Source: Candidatus Fervidifonticultor secundus (GTDB taxonomy: Bacteria; Sysuimicrobiota; Sysuimicrobiia; Sysuimicrobiales; Humicultoraceae). From it: a DNA stretch of 64,000 nt. The position numbers were made by a program, and so were the translations under genes. Below are positions 41,091 to 50,658 of this stretch, piece by piece. The notes below the pieces were generated by a model. It saw only the letters and a program-made list of their open reading frames with translations, did not search any database and was not told the origin of the DNA. Within the stretch, counting starts at the first letter, position 1, and each line of letters opens with the position of its first letter. The stretch spans positions 64,001 through 128,000 of the forward strand of contig JAVKIP010000008.1 in assembly GCA_031459385.1 (NCBI GenBank), written 5' to 3'.

Positions 41091-42413
41091 GTGAGTGATC
41101 GCACCTCGTCCCTGGCGGTCCGGCCGGGGGTGCTCGACCGGGCCGCCCTCGCGGCGGCCAGCCGGCTCGCCGACGATCCCGCATGGATGCGCGAGCGGCG
41201 CGAGACCGCGTGGGCGGCCGCAGCGCGCCTGCCGCACCCGGCGGAGGTCTGGCTCGAGGAGTGGCGGCGCACCGACACCAGCGCACTGGATCTCGCCGGC
41301 ATCGCCCTGGCCACCGCGCCGGCTGGGACGCCGCCCGACCCCTCGGCGGTGGTGGCCGCCGACGAGCGCGCCGGCCTGCTGGTGTGTACCGGCGGCCGCG
41401 CCGTGGCGGTGCTGGACGCCGCCCTCGCCGCGCGAGGGGTCGTCTTCACCGACCTGGCCGGCGCCGCCGCGGCCCACCCTGACCTGGTCCGCGACTACTT
41501 CCTCAGCACCCTGCCGGAGTTCGACGGGCACCGCTACCGCGCGCTGCACGCCGCGCTGTGGACCGGCGGGGTCGTGGTCTACGTGCCGGCGGGCGTCGAG
41601 GTGGCGCTGCCGCTGGTGGCCCAGAGCTGGCTCGGTCAGCCCGACGCAGCCGTCTTCCCCCACACGCTGCTGGTCGCCGCCCCGGGGAGCCGGGTCACCC
41701 TGGTCGACCTGTACACCTCTGCCGACGGTCCGGGCCGGCAGGTGGCCACCGCGGTCGCCGAACTCATCGTGCAGCAGGGGGCGCAGGTGCGCTACATCGC
41801 CGTCCGCGACTGGGGTGCGCCCATGTGGGAGGTCGGGAGCCTGGTGCGCGCCCGCGTGGCGCGCGACGCCACTGTCCACAGCCTGATGGTCGCCCTCGGC
41901 GGCGGGTTGCTCAAGGTCGACGTCGAGTCGCACCTGCACGGCCCCGGTGCCTCGGTCGAGATGCTCGGCCTGTTCTTCGCTGCCGGGGCGCAGCACATGG
42001 ACTTCCACACCCTCCAGGAGCACGGCGCGCCCCACACTACCAGCGACCTGCTCTACAAAGGGGCGGTGCGGGATACCGCGAAGACCGTTTTTGCCGGGCT
42101 CATCCGCGTGCACCAGGGCGCGCAGAAGACTAACGCCTTCCAGTCGAACCGGAACCTGATCCTGTCTGCAGGCGCGCGCGCCGACTCGATCCCCAAGCTG
42201 GAGATCATGGCCAACGACCTGCGCTGTACCCACGGCTCGGCCACCAGCCGCCTCCACGACGAGCACATCTTCTACTTGATGAGCCGCGGCCTCACCCGGG
42301 CGCAGGCCGTGCGCATGATCGTGGAGGGGTTCTTCGCCGACGTCTTCGACCGGATTCCCCTGGAGCGGCCGCGCGCCTACCTCCAGGCGCGCATCGGCGA
42401 GAAGATGGCCTGA
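41091..42413 (+). CDS. sufD: Fe-S cluster assembly protein
   Basis: EEWRRTD, IPKLEIMANDLRCTHGSA, FYLMSRG. Confidence 0.92.
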   Translation: MSDRTSSLAVRPGVLDRAALAAASRLADDPAWMRERRETAWAAAARLPHPAEVWLEEWRRTDTSALDLAGIALATAPAGTPPDPSAVVAADERAGLLVCTGGRAVAVLDAALAARGVVFTDLAGAAAAHPDLVRDYFLSTLPEFDGHRYRALHAALWTGGVVVYVPAGVEVALPLVAQSWLGQPDAAVFPHTLLVAAPGSRVTLVDLYTSADGPGRQVATAVAELIVQQGAQVRYIAVRDWGAPMWEVGSLVRARVARDATVHSLMVALGGGLLKVDVESHLHGPGASVEMLGLFFAAGAQHMDFHTLQEHGAPHTTSDLLYKGAVRDTAKTVFAGLIRVHQGAQKTNAFQSNRNLILSAGARADSIPKLEIMANDLRCTHGSATSRLHDEHIFYLMSRGLTRAQAVRMIVEGFFADVFDRIPLERPRAYLQARIGEKMA

Positions 42414-42415
42414 CC

Positions 42416-42775
42416 ATGGACGAGATCGCCGCCGACGCCTTCGTGCAGGTCGCGACCCTGGCCGAGGTCCCGCCGGGGACCGCGAAGGCGGTGGAGGTCG
42501 CGGGCCGCAGGATCGCCCTGGTGAACGTCCGGGGCGCCATCTACGCCATCGACGACACCTGCACCCACGAGCGCGTCTCGCTGTCGTCCGGGCAGGTCAC
42601 CGGCGAGGTGATCGTCTGCCCCAAGCACGGCTCGCGATTCCACGTGGTCACCGGACGGGTGCTGTCCCTGCCGGCGGTCCGGCCGGTCAGCACGTACGCG
42701 GTGAAGGTCGAGGGCGACGCGATCCTGGTGGCGCCCTCGCCCCGGCCCGGGCAGGGGATGCCGCATCGGCGGTAG
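42416..42775 (+). CDS. Rieske [2Fe-2S] ferredoxin
   Basis: CTH...CPKHGSRF. Confidence 0.9.
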   Translation: MDEIAADAFVQVATLAEVPPGTAKAVEVAGRRIALVNVRGAIYAIDDTCTHERVSLSSGQVTGEVIVCPKHGSRFHVVTGRVLSLPAVRPVSTYAVKVEGDAILVAPSPRPGQGMPHRR

Positions 42776-42793
42776 GCGGCGGGGAGGACGGAG

Positions 42794-44035
42794 ATGGAGC
42801 TGGGCGCGCGCGTGCGAGGTGACTTCCCGCTGCTGGGCAGGACCGTGCACGGCAAACCGCTGGTCTACCTCGACAGCGCCGCCACCAGTCAGAAGCCGCG
42901 CGTGGTCCTGGACGCGCTGCAGGAGTACTACCGCGCCTACAACGCCAACGTGCACCGCGGCATCTACGCCATCGCCGAGGAGGCCACGGCGCGCTACGAG
43001 GCCGCGCGGGCCACGCTGGCGGCCCTGCTGCACGCCGCCCGCCCCGAGGAGGTCGTGTTCACCCGCGGTACCACCGAGGCGATCAACCTGGTGGCCGGCA
43101 GCTGGGGCCGCGCCAACCTGCGCGCCGGCGACGAGATCCTGCTGACGGAGATGGAGCACCACAGCAACATCGTGCCGTGGCAGCTCCTGGCGGCGGAGAA
43201 GGGGGCGCGCCTGCGGTACGTCCCCATCACCGAGGCCGGCCGTCTCGACCTGGACGCGCTGGACCGCCTGCTCACGGGACGCACGCGGCTGGTGGCGCTG
43301 GTGCACCAGTCGAACGTGCTGGGCACCATCAATCCCATCCGGCAGATCGCCGAGCGGGCGCACGCCGCCGGCGCGCTGGTGCTGGTGGATGCGGCTCAGA
43401 GCGTGCCCAACCAGCCCGTCGACGTCCAGCAGCTCGGCGTCGACTTCCTGGCGTTCTCCGGGCACAAGATGCTGGGCCCCACCGGTAGCGGCGGGCTGTG
43501 GGCGCGCTACGACCTGCTGGACGCGATGCCGCCCTACCACGGCGGCGGCGAGATGATCGTGCGGGTCGACTACGAGCGGTCGACGTTCAAGGCGCCGCCG
43601 CACCGGTTCGAGGCAGGCACGCCCAACATCGCCGACGCCATCGTGCTGGGCGTTGCCGCCGACTACCTGCGGGACATCGGGTTCGACGCCATCACCGCCT
43701 GGGAGCAGACGCTGGTGGCGTATGCACTGGAGCGCCTGCGCGAGGTGCCGGGCCTGCGGATCCTGGGGCCGGCGACCCCCGAGCAGCGCGGCGGCGCCAT
43801 TAGTTTCGTCCTGGACGTGGCGCATCCTCACGACATCGCCCAGGTCCTGGATCAGGAGGGCATCGCCATCCGCGCGGGCCACCACTGCGCCCAGCTCCTG
43901 CACCGCCGGTTCGGCGTGGAGGCCAGCGCCCGTGCCAGCCTGCACATCTACAACACCCGCGAAGACATCGACGCGCTGGTCACGGGTCTGCACATGGTGC
44001 GCCGCCTGTTCACCCGCGCGCCGCGCCCGGTGTAG
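42794..44035 (+). CDS. sufS: Cysteine desulfurase
   Basis: YLDSAATSQKP, FSGHKMLGPTG, RAGHHCA. Confidence 0.96.
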   Translation: MELGARVRGDFPLLGRTVHGKPLVYLDSAATSQKPRVVLDALQEYYRAYNANVHRGIYAIAEEATARYEAARATLAALLHAARPEEVVFTRGTTEAINLVAGSWGRANLRAGDEILLTEMEHHSNIVPWQLLAAEKGARLRYVPITEAGRLDLDALDRLLTGRTRLVALVHQSNVLGTINPIRQIAERAHAAGALVLVDAAQSVPNQPVDVQQLGVDFLAFSGHKMLGPTGSGGLWARYDLLDAMPPYHGGGEMIVRVDYERSTFKAPPHRFEAGTPNIADAIVLGVAADYLRDIGFDAITAWEQTLVAYALERLREVPGLRILGPATPEQRGGAISFVLDVAHPHDIAQVLDQEGIAIRAGHHCAQLLHRRFGVEASARASLHIYNTREDIDALVTGLHMVRRLFTRAPRPV

Positions 44036-44047
44036 GATCGAGAGGCG

Positions 44048-44512
44048 ATGGCGCTCGACGACCTCTACCGCGAGGTCATCCTCGACCATTACGCGCACCC
44101 GCGCAACCGCGGCCGGCTCGACCCCGCGGATCTCACCGTCGAGGGCACGAACCCCCTGTGCGGCGACGAGCTGGTGCTCTCGGTGCGGCTGCAGGGCGAG
44201 CGGGTGGCGGCCGCGCGGTTCGAGGGCCGCGGGTGCTCCATCAGCCAGGCGTCGGCCTCGATGCTCACCGAGGCGATCACCGGCAAGTCCCTGGACGAGG
44301 TCCGCGGGCTGATCGGCCAGTTCAAGGGCATGATGCGCGGGGCCCCGCCCGCCGACGCGCTGGGTGACCTGGCGGCGCTCCAGGGCGTCCGCAAGTTCCC
44401 CGTGCGGATCAAGTGCGCGACGCTGGCATGGGTGGCGCTCGAGCAGGGGCTCGACGAGCGCGCGGCGGGCCGCGCGCCCTCGCGCGCCACGACCGAGACC
44501 GAGCCGGCCTGA
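44048..44512 (+). CDS. sufU: SUF system sulfur-transfer/scaffold protein
   Basis: LYREVILDHY, NPLCGD, GCSISQAS, RIKCATL. Confidence 0.93.
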   Translation: MALDDLYREVILDHYAHPRNRGRLDPADLTVEGTNPLCGDELVLSVRLQGERVAAARFEGRGCSISQASASMLTEAITGKSLDEVRGLIGQFKGMMRGAPPADALGDLAALQGVRKFPVRIKCATLAWVALEQGLDERAAGRAPSRATTETEPA

Positions 44513-44605
44513 GGCGCTCGCGGGTCGGCAGGGACCTCGCGACGCCGGCAGGCGCCCTCTGCGGAGCCGGCGAATCTCCCCCCATCCGCGTGCCGGGAGG
44601 GGTCG

Positions 44606-46615
44606 CTGACGAGACGCCCTATCGCTCGCCATCTCGCCGTCGCGGTGCTCACCCTGCTGGGCGCGTCGGTGGGCATCTTCGGCCTGGTCCACCTGGCACC
44701 GTTCGACCCCGCGCGGTACTTCGTGCAGTTCCGACAGGGCTATCGGGAAGAGCAGATCCGGCAGGTCCGGCAGTGGTACGGGCTCGACGATCCCGTGCCC
44801 GTGCAGTACGCGCGCTGGCTGGGCCGCGTCGCGACCGGTGATTTTGGCCGCTCGGTGTCCAACGGGCGCGAGATCGGGCCCGAGGTCTGGCGCCGCCTGC
44901 CGTGGACGCTGCTGCTCCTCCTGGTGGGGTGGGGGCTCGCGGTGCCCGGTGCGGTGATCCTGGCGGTCGCGGGCGCGCGAGGCGGCCCCGGCGGTCGGGC
45001 GGCGCGCGCCGCGGTCACCGGGGCGCTGCTCGCACCGGTCTTCCTGCTGGCCAGCGTGCTGGTCTACGTCTTCGCCGTCCGGCTGGCGTGGATTCCTATC
45101 CTGCCGCCGTTCGAGCTGCGCCCGCACGACCCCGCGCTGTGGCGGTCGGCGCTCCTGCCTGGAGTGAGCCTGGCCGTGCCCCTGGCCGCCCTGGCCGCGC
45201 GCCGGCTGGCGGCGGGGCTGCCAGCGGCGCTGGCGGCCCCCCACGCGCTGGTCGCGCGGGCGCGCGGCGCGCCCGAGGCGCTCGTGCGGCGGCGCGCCCT
45301 GCGGGTGGCTGCGGCGGCGGCGCTCACACCGGCCCTGCCGCTCGCGGTGGCCTCGCTGAACGTACTGCTCGTCGTCGAGGAAGTGTTCGGCTGGCCCGGC
45401 CTGGGCCGGGTCTTCGTGCGGGCCGTGGCGCAGCGCGACATCACGGCCGTGCAGGCCACGCTCTTCGTGCTCGTCGCGGTGGGGCTGGCCGCAGAGGTAG
45501 TGCTGCGCCAGGTTGCGGCGTGGCTCGGGGGGCAGGACGCGGACGCCAGCGCGGCGCGCGCGGCCTTCCGGCACGCCGGCGGGAGCGCTCGGTCGCCTGC
45601 AGACCGCCCGGTGCCCCTGCCGGCGCTAGACCGTATCGCGCTTGTGGGCGCGGCGGCGCTGGGTGCCGTCGTCGTCGCCGCGCTGGCGGCGCCGGTGATC
45701 GCGCGCTTCCCCCCAGACCAGGTCCTCCTGGAGGAGATCCAGTTGCCCCCGTCGCTGCGCCACTGGATGGGCACGGACCCTTCCGGCCGTGACCTCTTCA
45801 GCCGGCTGCTGTACGCTGGCCGGGTCACGCTCGCGCTGGCGGCGCTGCCGGCGGCGGTGGCGGTGGCCGGGGCGGTGGTCCTCGCGGCCCTGGCGCAGTG
45901 GCAGGGGCCAGCGTGGGGAGATGCCCTCCTGGGCGCCACCCGCACGCTGGGCGCGTTTCCGCCAATTGCCCTGGCCATGGCCGTCGTGATCGTCGTGGGC
46001 CGTGCGCCCGCGGCCCTGGGCGCGGTGATGGTCCTCTGGGGCCTGGCCGAGTGTGCGGATCGGATCGCGGGCATGGTGGCGCGGGCCCGCGCCTGGCCGT
46101 TCGCCCAGGCCAGCATCGCGCTCGGCGCGCCGACGGGACGGGTCGTGGAGCGGCATCTGGTGCCCCACCTCCTGCGGCCGCTGGCCGCTGAGGCGCTCGG
46201 CCTGGTCCCCGGCTTCCTGCTCCTGGAGGCGACGCTCGGCTTCTTCGGCTTCAGCCTGAGCCCCACGGTGCCCACGTGGGGCACGCTGCTGTGGCGTGGC
46301 CGGGAAGCGCTGCACCGCGGCGACTGGTGGCTGCTGGCGTTTCCGGTGGCGTTTGCGCTGGCCGCGGCGTGGGGTTGCCTGCACCTCGCCGGGGCGCTCC
46401 GCACGCCCGGGGGCCCCACGTTCGTCAGGGCGGCCCGGCCGGCTCCGGGCCGCGAGTGGGCGCCGGTTCCCGCCCGCCCGGCCGCCCGCCAGGCGGCGCG
46501 CCAGGCGACCCGCGCCCGGGCAGGGCCGGCTGTCACGCCGGTACCGGCAGTCAGCGACCCTGCGGCACCGTCGCCCCTGCCCGGCAGCGGGGCTAGCGGC
46601 GGCGCTTCCGGGTGA
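44606..46615 (+). CDS. Fused DppB/DppC-type peptide ABC permease
   Basis: N-half YARWLG...GDFGRS, ARARG, EEVFGWPGLG; C-half HWMGTDPSGRDLFSRL, EATLGFFG..PTWG; probable CTG start at 44606, first standard start at 44645. Confidence 0.82.
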   Translation: MTRRPIARHLAVAVLTLLGASVGIFGLVHLAPFDPARYFVQFRQGYREEQIRQVRQWYGLDDPVPVQYARWLGRVATGDFGRSVSNGREIGPEVWRRLPWTLLLLLVGWGLAVPGAVILAVAGARGGPGGRAARAAVTGALLAPVFLLASVLVYVFAVRLAWIPILPPFELRPHDPALWRSALLPGVSLAVPLAALAARRLAAGLPAALAAPHALVARARGAPEALVRRRALRVAAAAALTPALPLAVASLNVLLVVEEVFGWPGLGRVFVRAVAQRDITAVQATLFVLVAVGLAAEVVLRQVAAWLGGQDADASAARAAFRHAGGSARSPADRPVPLPALDRIALVGAAALGAVVVAALAAPVIARFPPDQVLLEEIQLPPSLRHWMGTDPSGRDLFSRLLYAGRVTLALAALPAAVAVAGAVVLAALAQWQGPAWGDALLGATRTLGAFPPIALAMAVVIVVGRAPAALGAVMVLWGLAECADRIAGMVARARAWPFAQASIALGAPTGRVVERHLVPHLLRPLAAEALGLVPGFLLLEATLGFFGFSLSPTVPTWGTLLWRGREALHRGDWWLLAFPVAFALAAAWGCLHLAGALRTPGGPTFVRAARPAPGREWAPVPARPAARQAARQATRARAGPAVTPVPAVSDPAAPSPLPGSGASGGASG

Positions 46616-47561
46616 GCGCCCGCCGCGCGGCGCCGGCGATCTCGGCGGCAGTCAGCCCGTATTTCTCCATGAGCGCCCGCGGCGAGCCCGACTCGCCGAA
46701 GACATCGCGGATGCCCACGCGCTCGACCGGCACCGGCTCGTGGGCACTCGTGACCTCGGCCACCGCCCCGCCCAGCCCGCCGTAGATCGTGTGCTCCTCG
46801 GCGGTGACGATGGCGCCGGTCTCCCGCGCGGCCTCGAGGACGGCGGTCTCGTCCAGTGGCTTGAGCGTGGCCATGTTGAGCACGCGGGCCCCGATGCCCT
46901 CGGCGGCCAGGGTCTCGGCCGCCGCCAGCGCCTCGGCCACCATGATGCCGCAGGCGATGAGGGTCACGTCCGTGCCGTCGCGCAGCCGGGCCGCGCGGCC
47001 GATGGCGAACGTGTAGGTCTCGTCGAACAGCACCGGCACCGCGGCACGCCCCAGGCGCACGTAGGCCGGTCCCCGGTGGTCGGCGAGGGCGGCGATGACC
47101 TGCTGCGTCTCGGTGGCGTCTGCGGGCACGATCACCGTCATGTTGGCCAGCGCCCGCATCATCGCCAGCTCCTCGATGGCCTGGGCGGTCATGCCGTCCT
47201 CGCCGACCGTGAGGCCGCCATGGGTGCTGACGAGCTTCACGTTCAGGTTGGGCTGCGCCACCAGCACGCGGATCTGGTCGTAGGCCCGGCCCGGCACGAA
47301 GACGGCGAACGAGCTGACGAAGGGGACCTTGCCGCACGTGGCCAGGCCCGCGGCCACGCCCACCATGTTCTGCTCGGCGATGCCGCACTCGATGAAGCGG
47401 TCGGGGAACGCGGCCGCGAACGCCTCGAGCCGGGTTGAGTCGCGCAGGTCCCCTGTGAGGGCCACGACCCGCGGGTCGCGCCGGCCCACGGCGACCAGCG
47501 CTTCGCCATACGCGTCCCGCGTGGCCTTCTGCCCGGCGGTCTGGCTCACGAGGCCCGCCAT
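46593..47561 (-). CDS. Transketolase, C-terminal subunit
   Basis: ATRDAYG, GIAEQNM, RAYDQIR, GEDG, EEHTIYGGLG. Confidence 0.9.
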   Translation of the reverse strand: MAGLVSQTAGQKATRDAYGEALVAVGRRDPRVVALTGDLRDSTRLEAFAAAFPDRFIECGIAEQNMVGVAAGLATCGKVPFVSSFAVFVPGRAYDQIRVLVAQPNLNVKLVSTHGGLTVGEDGMTAQAIEELAMMRALANMTVIVPADATETQQVIAALADHRGPAYVRLGRAAVPVLFDETYTFAIGRAARLRDGTDVTLIACGIMVAEALAAAETLAAEGIGARVLNMATLKPLDETAVLEAARETGAIVTAEEHTIYGGLGGAVAEVTSAHEPVPVERVGIRDVFGESGSPRALMEKYGLTAAEIAGAARRALTRKRRR

Positions 47562-47565
47562 CGCG

Positions 47566-48405
47566 TCAGCTCCCGGGCGCGGCGCCATCGAGCTCAGCCA
47601 GCGCCCGCGCCAGCTCGTCGTGGGTGAGCGCCTTGCCATGGAACCCCACGACCCCCTCAAGGAACGAGACGCCCTTGCCCTTGATCGTCCGCGCGACGAT
47701 CACCTGCGGCCGCCCGCGCACGGTCCGCGCCCGGTCCAGCGCCGCCACGATCGCGCCCAGGTCGTGCCCGTCGATCTCCTGCACGTCCCACGTGCAGGCC
47801 CGCCACTTGTCGCCCAGGGGATCGAGGCGGATGCGCTCCTCGGTGGGGCCGGTCTGCTGGAGGCCGTTCCGGTCGACGATGGCGGTCAGGTTGTCCAGCC
47901 CGTAGTGCGCCGCGAACATCGCGCCCTCCCACACCGCGCCTTCCTGGCACTCGCCGTCGCCCAGCATGGCGTAGACGCGGTAGGGGCGGCCGTCGCGCTT
48001 GCCGGCCAGGGCCATCCCGATGGCGGCCGAGAACCCCATGCCGAGCGAGCCGCTGGAGATCTCCACGCCGGGTGTCCGGGTCATGTCCGGGTGGCCCTGC
48101 AGGATGCTGTCGACCCGGCGCAGCGTCCACAGGTGCTCGGGCGCGAAGTAGCCGCAGGCCGCCAGCACCACGTACCAGGCCGGACACCCGTGCCCCTTGC
48201 TCAGCACGAACCGGTCGCGGTCGGGCCAGGTGGGGTTGTGCGGGTCGTGGCGCATGGTGTGGTAGTAGAGCACCGTCAGGATGTCGATGGCAGACAGCGA
48301 GCCGCCGGGGTGCCCGGAGCCCGCCGTGGTGATGACCTGCAAGATGGTCTTGCGGAACTCGCGCGCCCGCGCCTCCAGGGCGCACAGGGCTGCTGTGGAC
48401 GTCAT
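47566..48405 (-). CDS. Transketolase, N-terminal (ThDP-binding) subunit
   Basis: SGHPGGSLS, DRFVLSKGH, GDGECQEG..WE, TIKGKG. Confidence 0.92.
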   Translation of the reverse strand: MTSTAALCALEARAREFRKTILQVITTAGSGHPGGSLSAIDILTVLYYHTMRHDPHNPTWPDRDRFVLSKGHGCPAWYVVLAACGYFAPEHLWTLRRVDSILQGHPDMTRTPGVEISSGSLGMGFSAAIGMALAGKRDGRPYRVYAMLGDGECQEGAVWEGAMFAAHYGLDNLTAIVDRNGLQQTGPTEERIRLDPLGDKWRACTWDVQEIDGHDLGAIVAALDRARTVRGRPQVIVARTIKGKGVSFLEGVVGFHGKALTHDELARALAELDGAAPGS

Positions 48406-48656
48406 GGGATGGAATGCTCCCTCGGTGTGGTCGGCGCCTGCCGCCGGGGCTGCCCGGCCGGGGCGTGCGGATCACCGCCCGCCGCGGGGCTGCCCGGCCA
48501 CGGCGTCGAGAGTGGCTTCGCCCACCGGTGCGCCCGCCCCTGCCGCGGCGGCGCGCCGGGGGCGACGCCGCGGGCACGACGTCCGGGCAGCAGGTGCAGC
48601 GCATCGGGCAGTGGTATTGGGGTGCGGGAGATCACACTGCGTGGCGAGGAGGATCG

Positions 48657-49640
48657 ATGAAGGCGATCCGCGTGCACACCACCGGCGGTCCGGACGTGCT
48701 GCGGTACGAGGACGTCCCCGACCCGCAGCCCGGCCCGGGCCAGGTGCTGGTCCGCCTGGAGGCCGCAGGCGTCAACTACATCGACATCTACTACCGCACC
48801 GGGCTGTATACGGCACCGCTGCCGTTCATCCCCGGCAACGAGGGTGCCGGGGTGGTGGTGGCTGTCGGCTCCGGCGTCACCGACGTGCAGCCCGGCGAGC
48901 GCGTGGCCTACATCGCGGGCTTGTGCGCCTACGCCGAACTGGCCGCCGTGCCCGCGTCCCGCGTCGTCCGGCTGCCCGGGGGCATCGACGCGACCACCGC
49001 CGCGGCCGCACTGCTCCAGGGAATCACGGCCCACTACCTGGTGCACGCCACCTACCCGCTCCGGGCGGGCGAGTGGGCGCTGGTGCACGCCGCCGCCGGC
49101 GGCGTGGGGCTGCTGCTCGTGCAGATGGCGAAGCGCGCGGGGGCCACGGTCATCGGCACCGTGGGCACGCACGCCAAGGCCGGGCTGGCGCGCGAGGCCG
49201 GCGCCGACCACGTCATCGTCTACACCGAGCAGGACTTCGAGGAGGACACGAAGCGCCTGACCGGTGGACGCGGCGTGGACGTGGTCTACGACGCCGTGGG
49301 GAAGACGACGTTCGAGAAGAGCCTGAACGTGCTGCGACCGCGGGGCTACCTGGTGCTCTTCGGCCAGGCCAGCGGCCCGGCACCCGCCATCGATCCGCAG
49401 ATCCTCAACCCGAAAGGGTCGCTGTTCCTGACGCGGCCGTCGGTGGGACACTACACGGCCACGCCGCAGGAACTCCGGGAGCGCGCGACCGCGGTCTTCC
49501 AGATGATCCAGGACGGCACCCTGCGGCTGCGTATCGACCGCCGCATCCCGCTGGCGGAGGCCGCTGCCGCGCATCGCGCGCTGGAGAGCCGGCAGACCGC
49601 GGGCAAGCTGCTGCTGCTCCCCGGGACCGGCGCGCGGTAG
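48657..49640 (+). CDS. qor: NADPH:quinone oxidoreductase (zeta-crystallin family)
   Basis: GVNYIDIYYRTGLY, HAAAGGVG, VVYDAVGK, KGSLFLTRP. Confidence 0.9.
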   Translation: MKAIRVHTTGGPDVLRYEDVPDPQPGPGQVLVRLEAAGVNYIDIYYRTGLYTAPLPFIPGNEGAGVVVAVGSGVTDVQPGERVAYIAGLCAYAELAAVPASRVVRLPGGIDATTAAAALLQGITAHYLVHATYPLRAGEWALVHAAAGGVGLLLVQMAKRAGATVIGTVGTHAKAGLAREAGADHVIVYTEQDFEEDTKRLTGGRGVDVVYDAVGKTTFEKSLNVLRPRGYLVLFGQASGPAPAIDPQILNPKGSLFLTRPSVGHYTATPQELRERATAVFQMIQDGTLRLRIDRRIPLAEAAAAHRALESRQTAGKLLLLPGTGAR

Positions 49641-49704
49641 CCCGCGCCGGTGCGGCGCGCAGCGGCGGCCGCGACCGCGTCTGCCGGGGCCGCGTGACCG
49701 CGGT

Positions 49705-49733
49705 TTGACGCACCCGGGGGCCGATGTTACGAT
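49705..49733 (+). promoter_or_regulatory. Sigma70 promoter of the Rieske-nuoBDIC unit
   Basis: TTGACG-N17-TACGAT with extended -10 TG. Confidence 0.6.
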
Positions 49734-49761
49734 TATGCCCGAACTTGCGCCGAGGTGAGCG

Positions 49762-50070
49762 ATGCCCCGCGTTAGAGTCGCCGCAACCGCCGAGGTACCG
49801 CAGGGATCGGCGCGCATCGTGGACGCCGGCGGGACGCGTGTCGCGCTCTTCCACCGGCCCGAGGGCTGGTTCGCCATCGAGAACACGTGCACGCACCGCG
49901 GCGGGCCGCTGGGCGAGGGCGAGGTCGACGGGGTCGTGGTCACCTGCCCCTGGCACGGCGGGCAGTTCGACCTGCGGACCGGACAGGTGGTCTCGCCGCC
50001 GCCCGCGCGGCCGGTGCGCGCGTTCCCGGTCGTCGTGGAGGGGGACGACGTCTGGCTTGACCTCTCGTAG
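49762..50070 (+). CDS. Rieske [2Fe-2S] ferredoxin
   Basis: CTHRGGPL...CPWHGGQFD. Confidence 0.9.
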   Translation: MPRVRVAATAEVPQGSARIVDAGGTRVALFHRPEGWFAIENTCTHRGGPLGEGEVDGVVVTCPWHGGQFDLRTGQVVSPPPARPVRAFPVVVEGDDVWLDLS

Positions 50071-50079
50071 GAGGTGGGC

Positions 50080-50634
50080 ATGAGCACCCAGCCGGCCGCG
50101 CCGCGGCCGTCGCGGCTCGCTCCCCTGGACGTGGCGGTGGACCTGCTCGACAGCCTGCCCGGCGGCAGCGTGATCCTCACCAGGGTCGAGTCGCTGCTCA
50201 ACTGGGGCCGCGCCGCCAGCCTGTGGCCGCTCACCTTCGGACTGGCGTGCTGCGCCATCGAGATGATGGCCGCCTTCGCCGGCCGGTTCGACCTCGACCG
50301 GATCGGCGTCATCCCCCGGGCGACGCCGCGCCAGGCTGACCTCATGATCGTGGCCGGTCGCTGCACCATCAAGATGGCGCCGATCGTGCGGCGGCTGTGG
50401 GAGCAGATGCCCGAGCCCAAGTACGTGATCTCCATGGGCTCGTGCGCCACCTGCGGCGGGCCGTTCTACTACGACAACTACTCGATCCTCAAGGGGATCG
50501 ACCAGGTGGTGCCCGTCGACGTGTACGTGCCCGGCTGCCCGCCCCGGCCCGAGGCGTTGATCGAGGGCATCCTCAAGCTGCAGGAGAAGATCAAGGTCGA
50601 GCCGTTCCTGCGCCGCGCGGTGGCGCCGGCGTAG
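50080..50634 (+). CDS. nuoB: NADH-quinone oxidoreductase subunit B
   Basis: [29 protein letters not shown]. Confidence 0.94.
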   Translation: MSTQPAAPRPSRLAPLDVAVDLLDSLPGGSVILTRVESLLNWGRAASLWPLTFGLACCAIEMMAAFAGRFDLDRIGVIPRATPRQADLMIVAGRCTIKMAPIVRRLWEQMPEPKYVISMGSCATCGGPFYYDNYSILKGIDQVVPVDVYVPGCPPRPEALIEGILKLQEKIKVEPFLRRAVAPA

Positions 50635-50658
50635 CGGCCCGCCGCACCGGGAGGCGCC

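Noticed and set aside
42377..45574. 1065-aa minus-strand ORF (also 38638-41286 and similar)
   Set aside because: These are antisense shadows of the suf genes and the permease.
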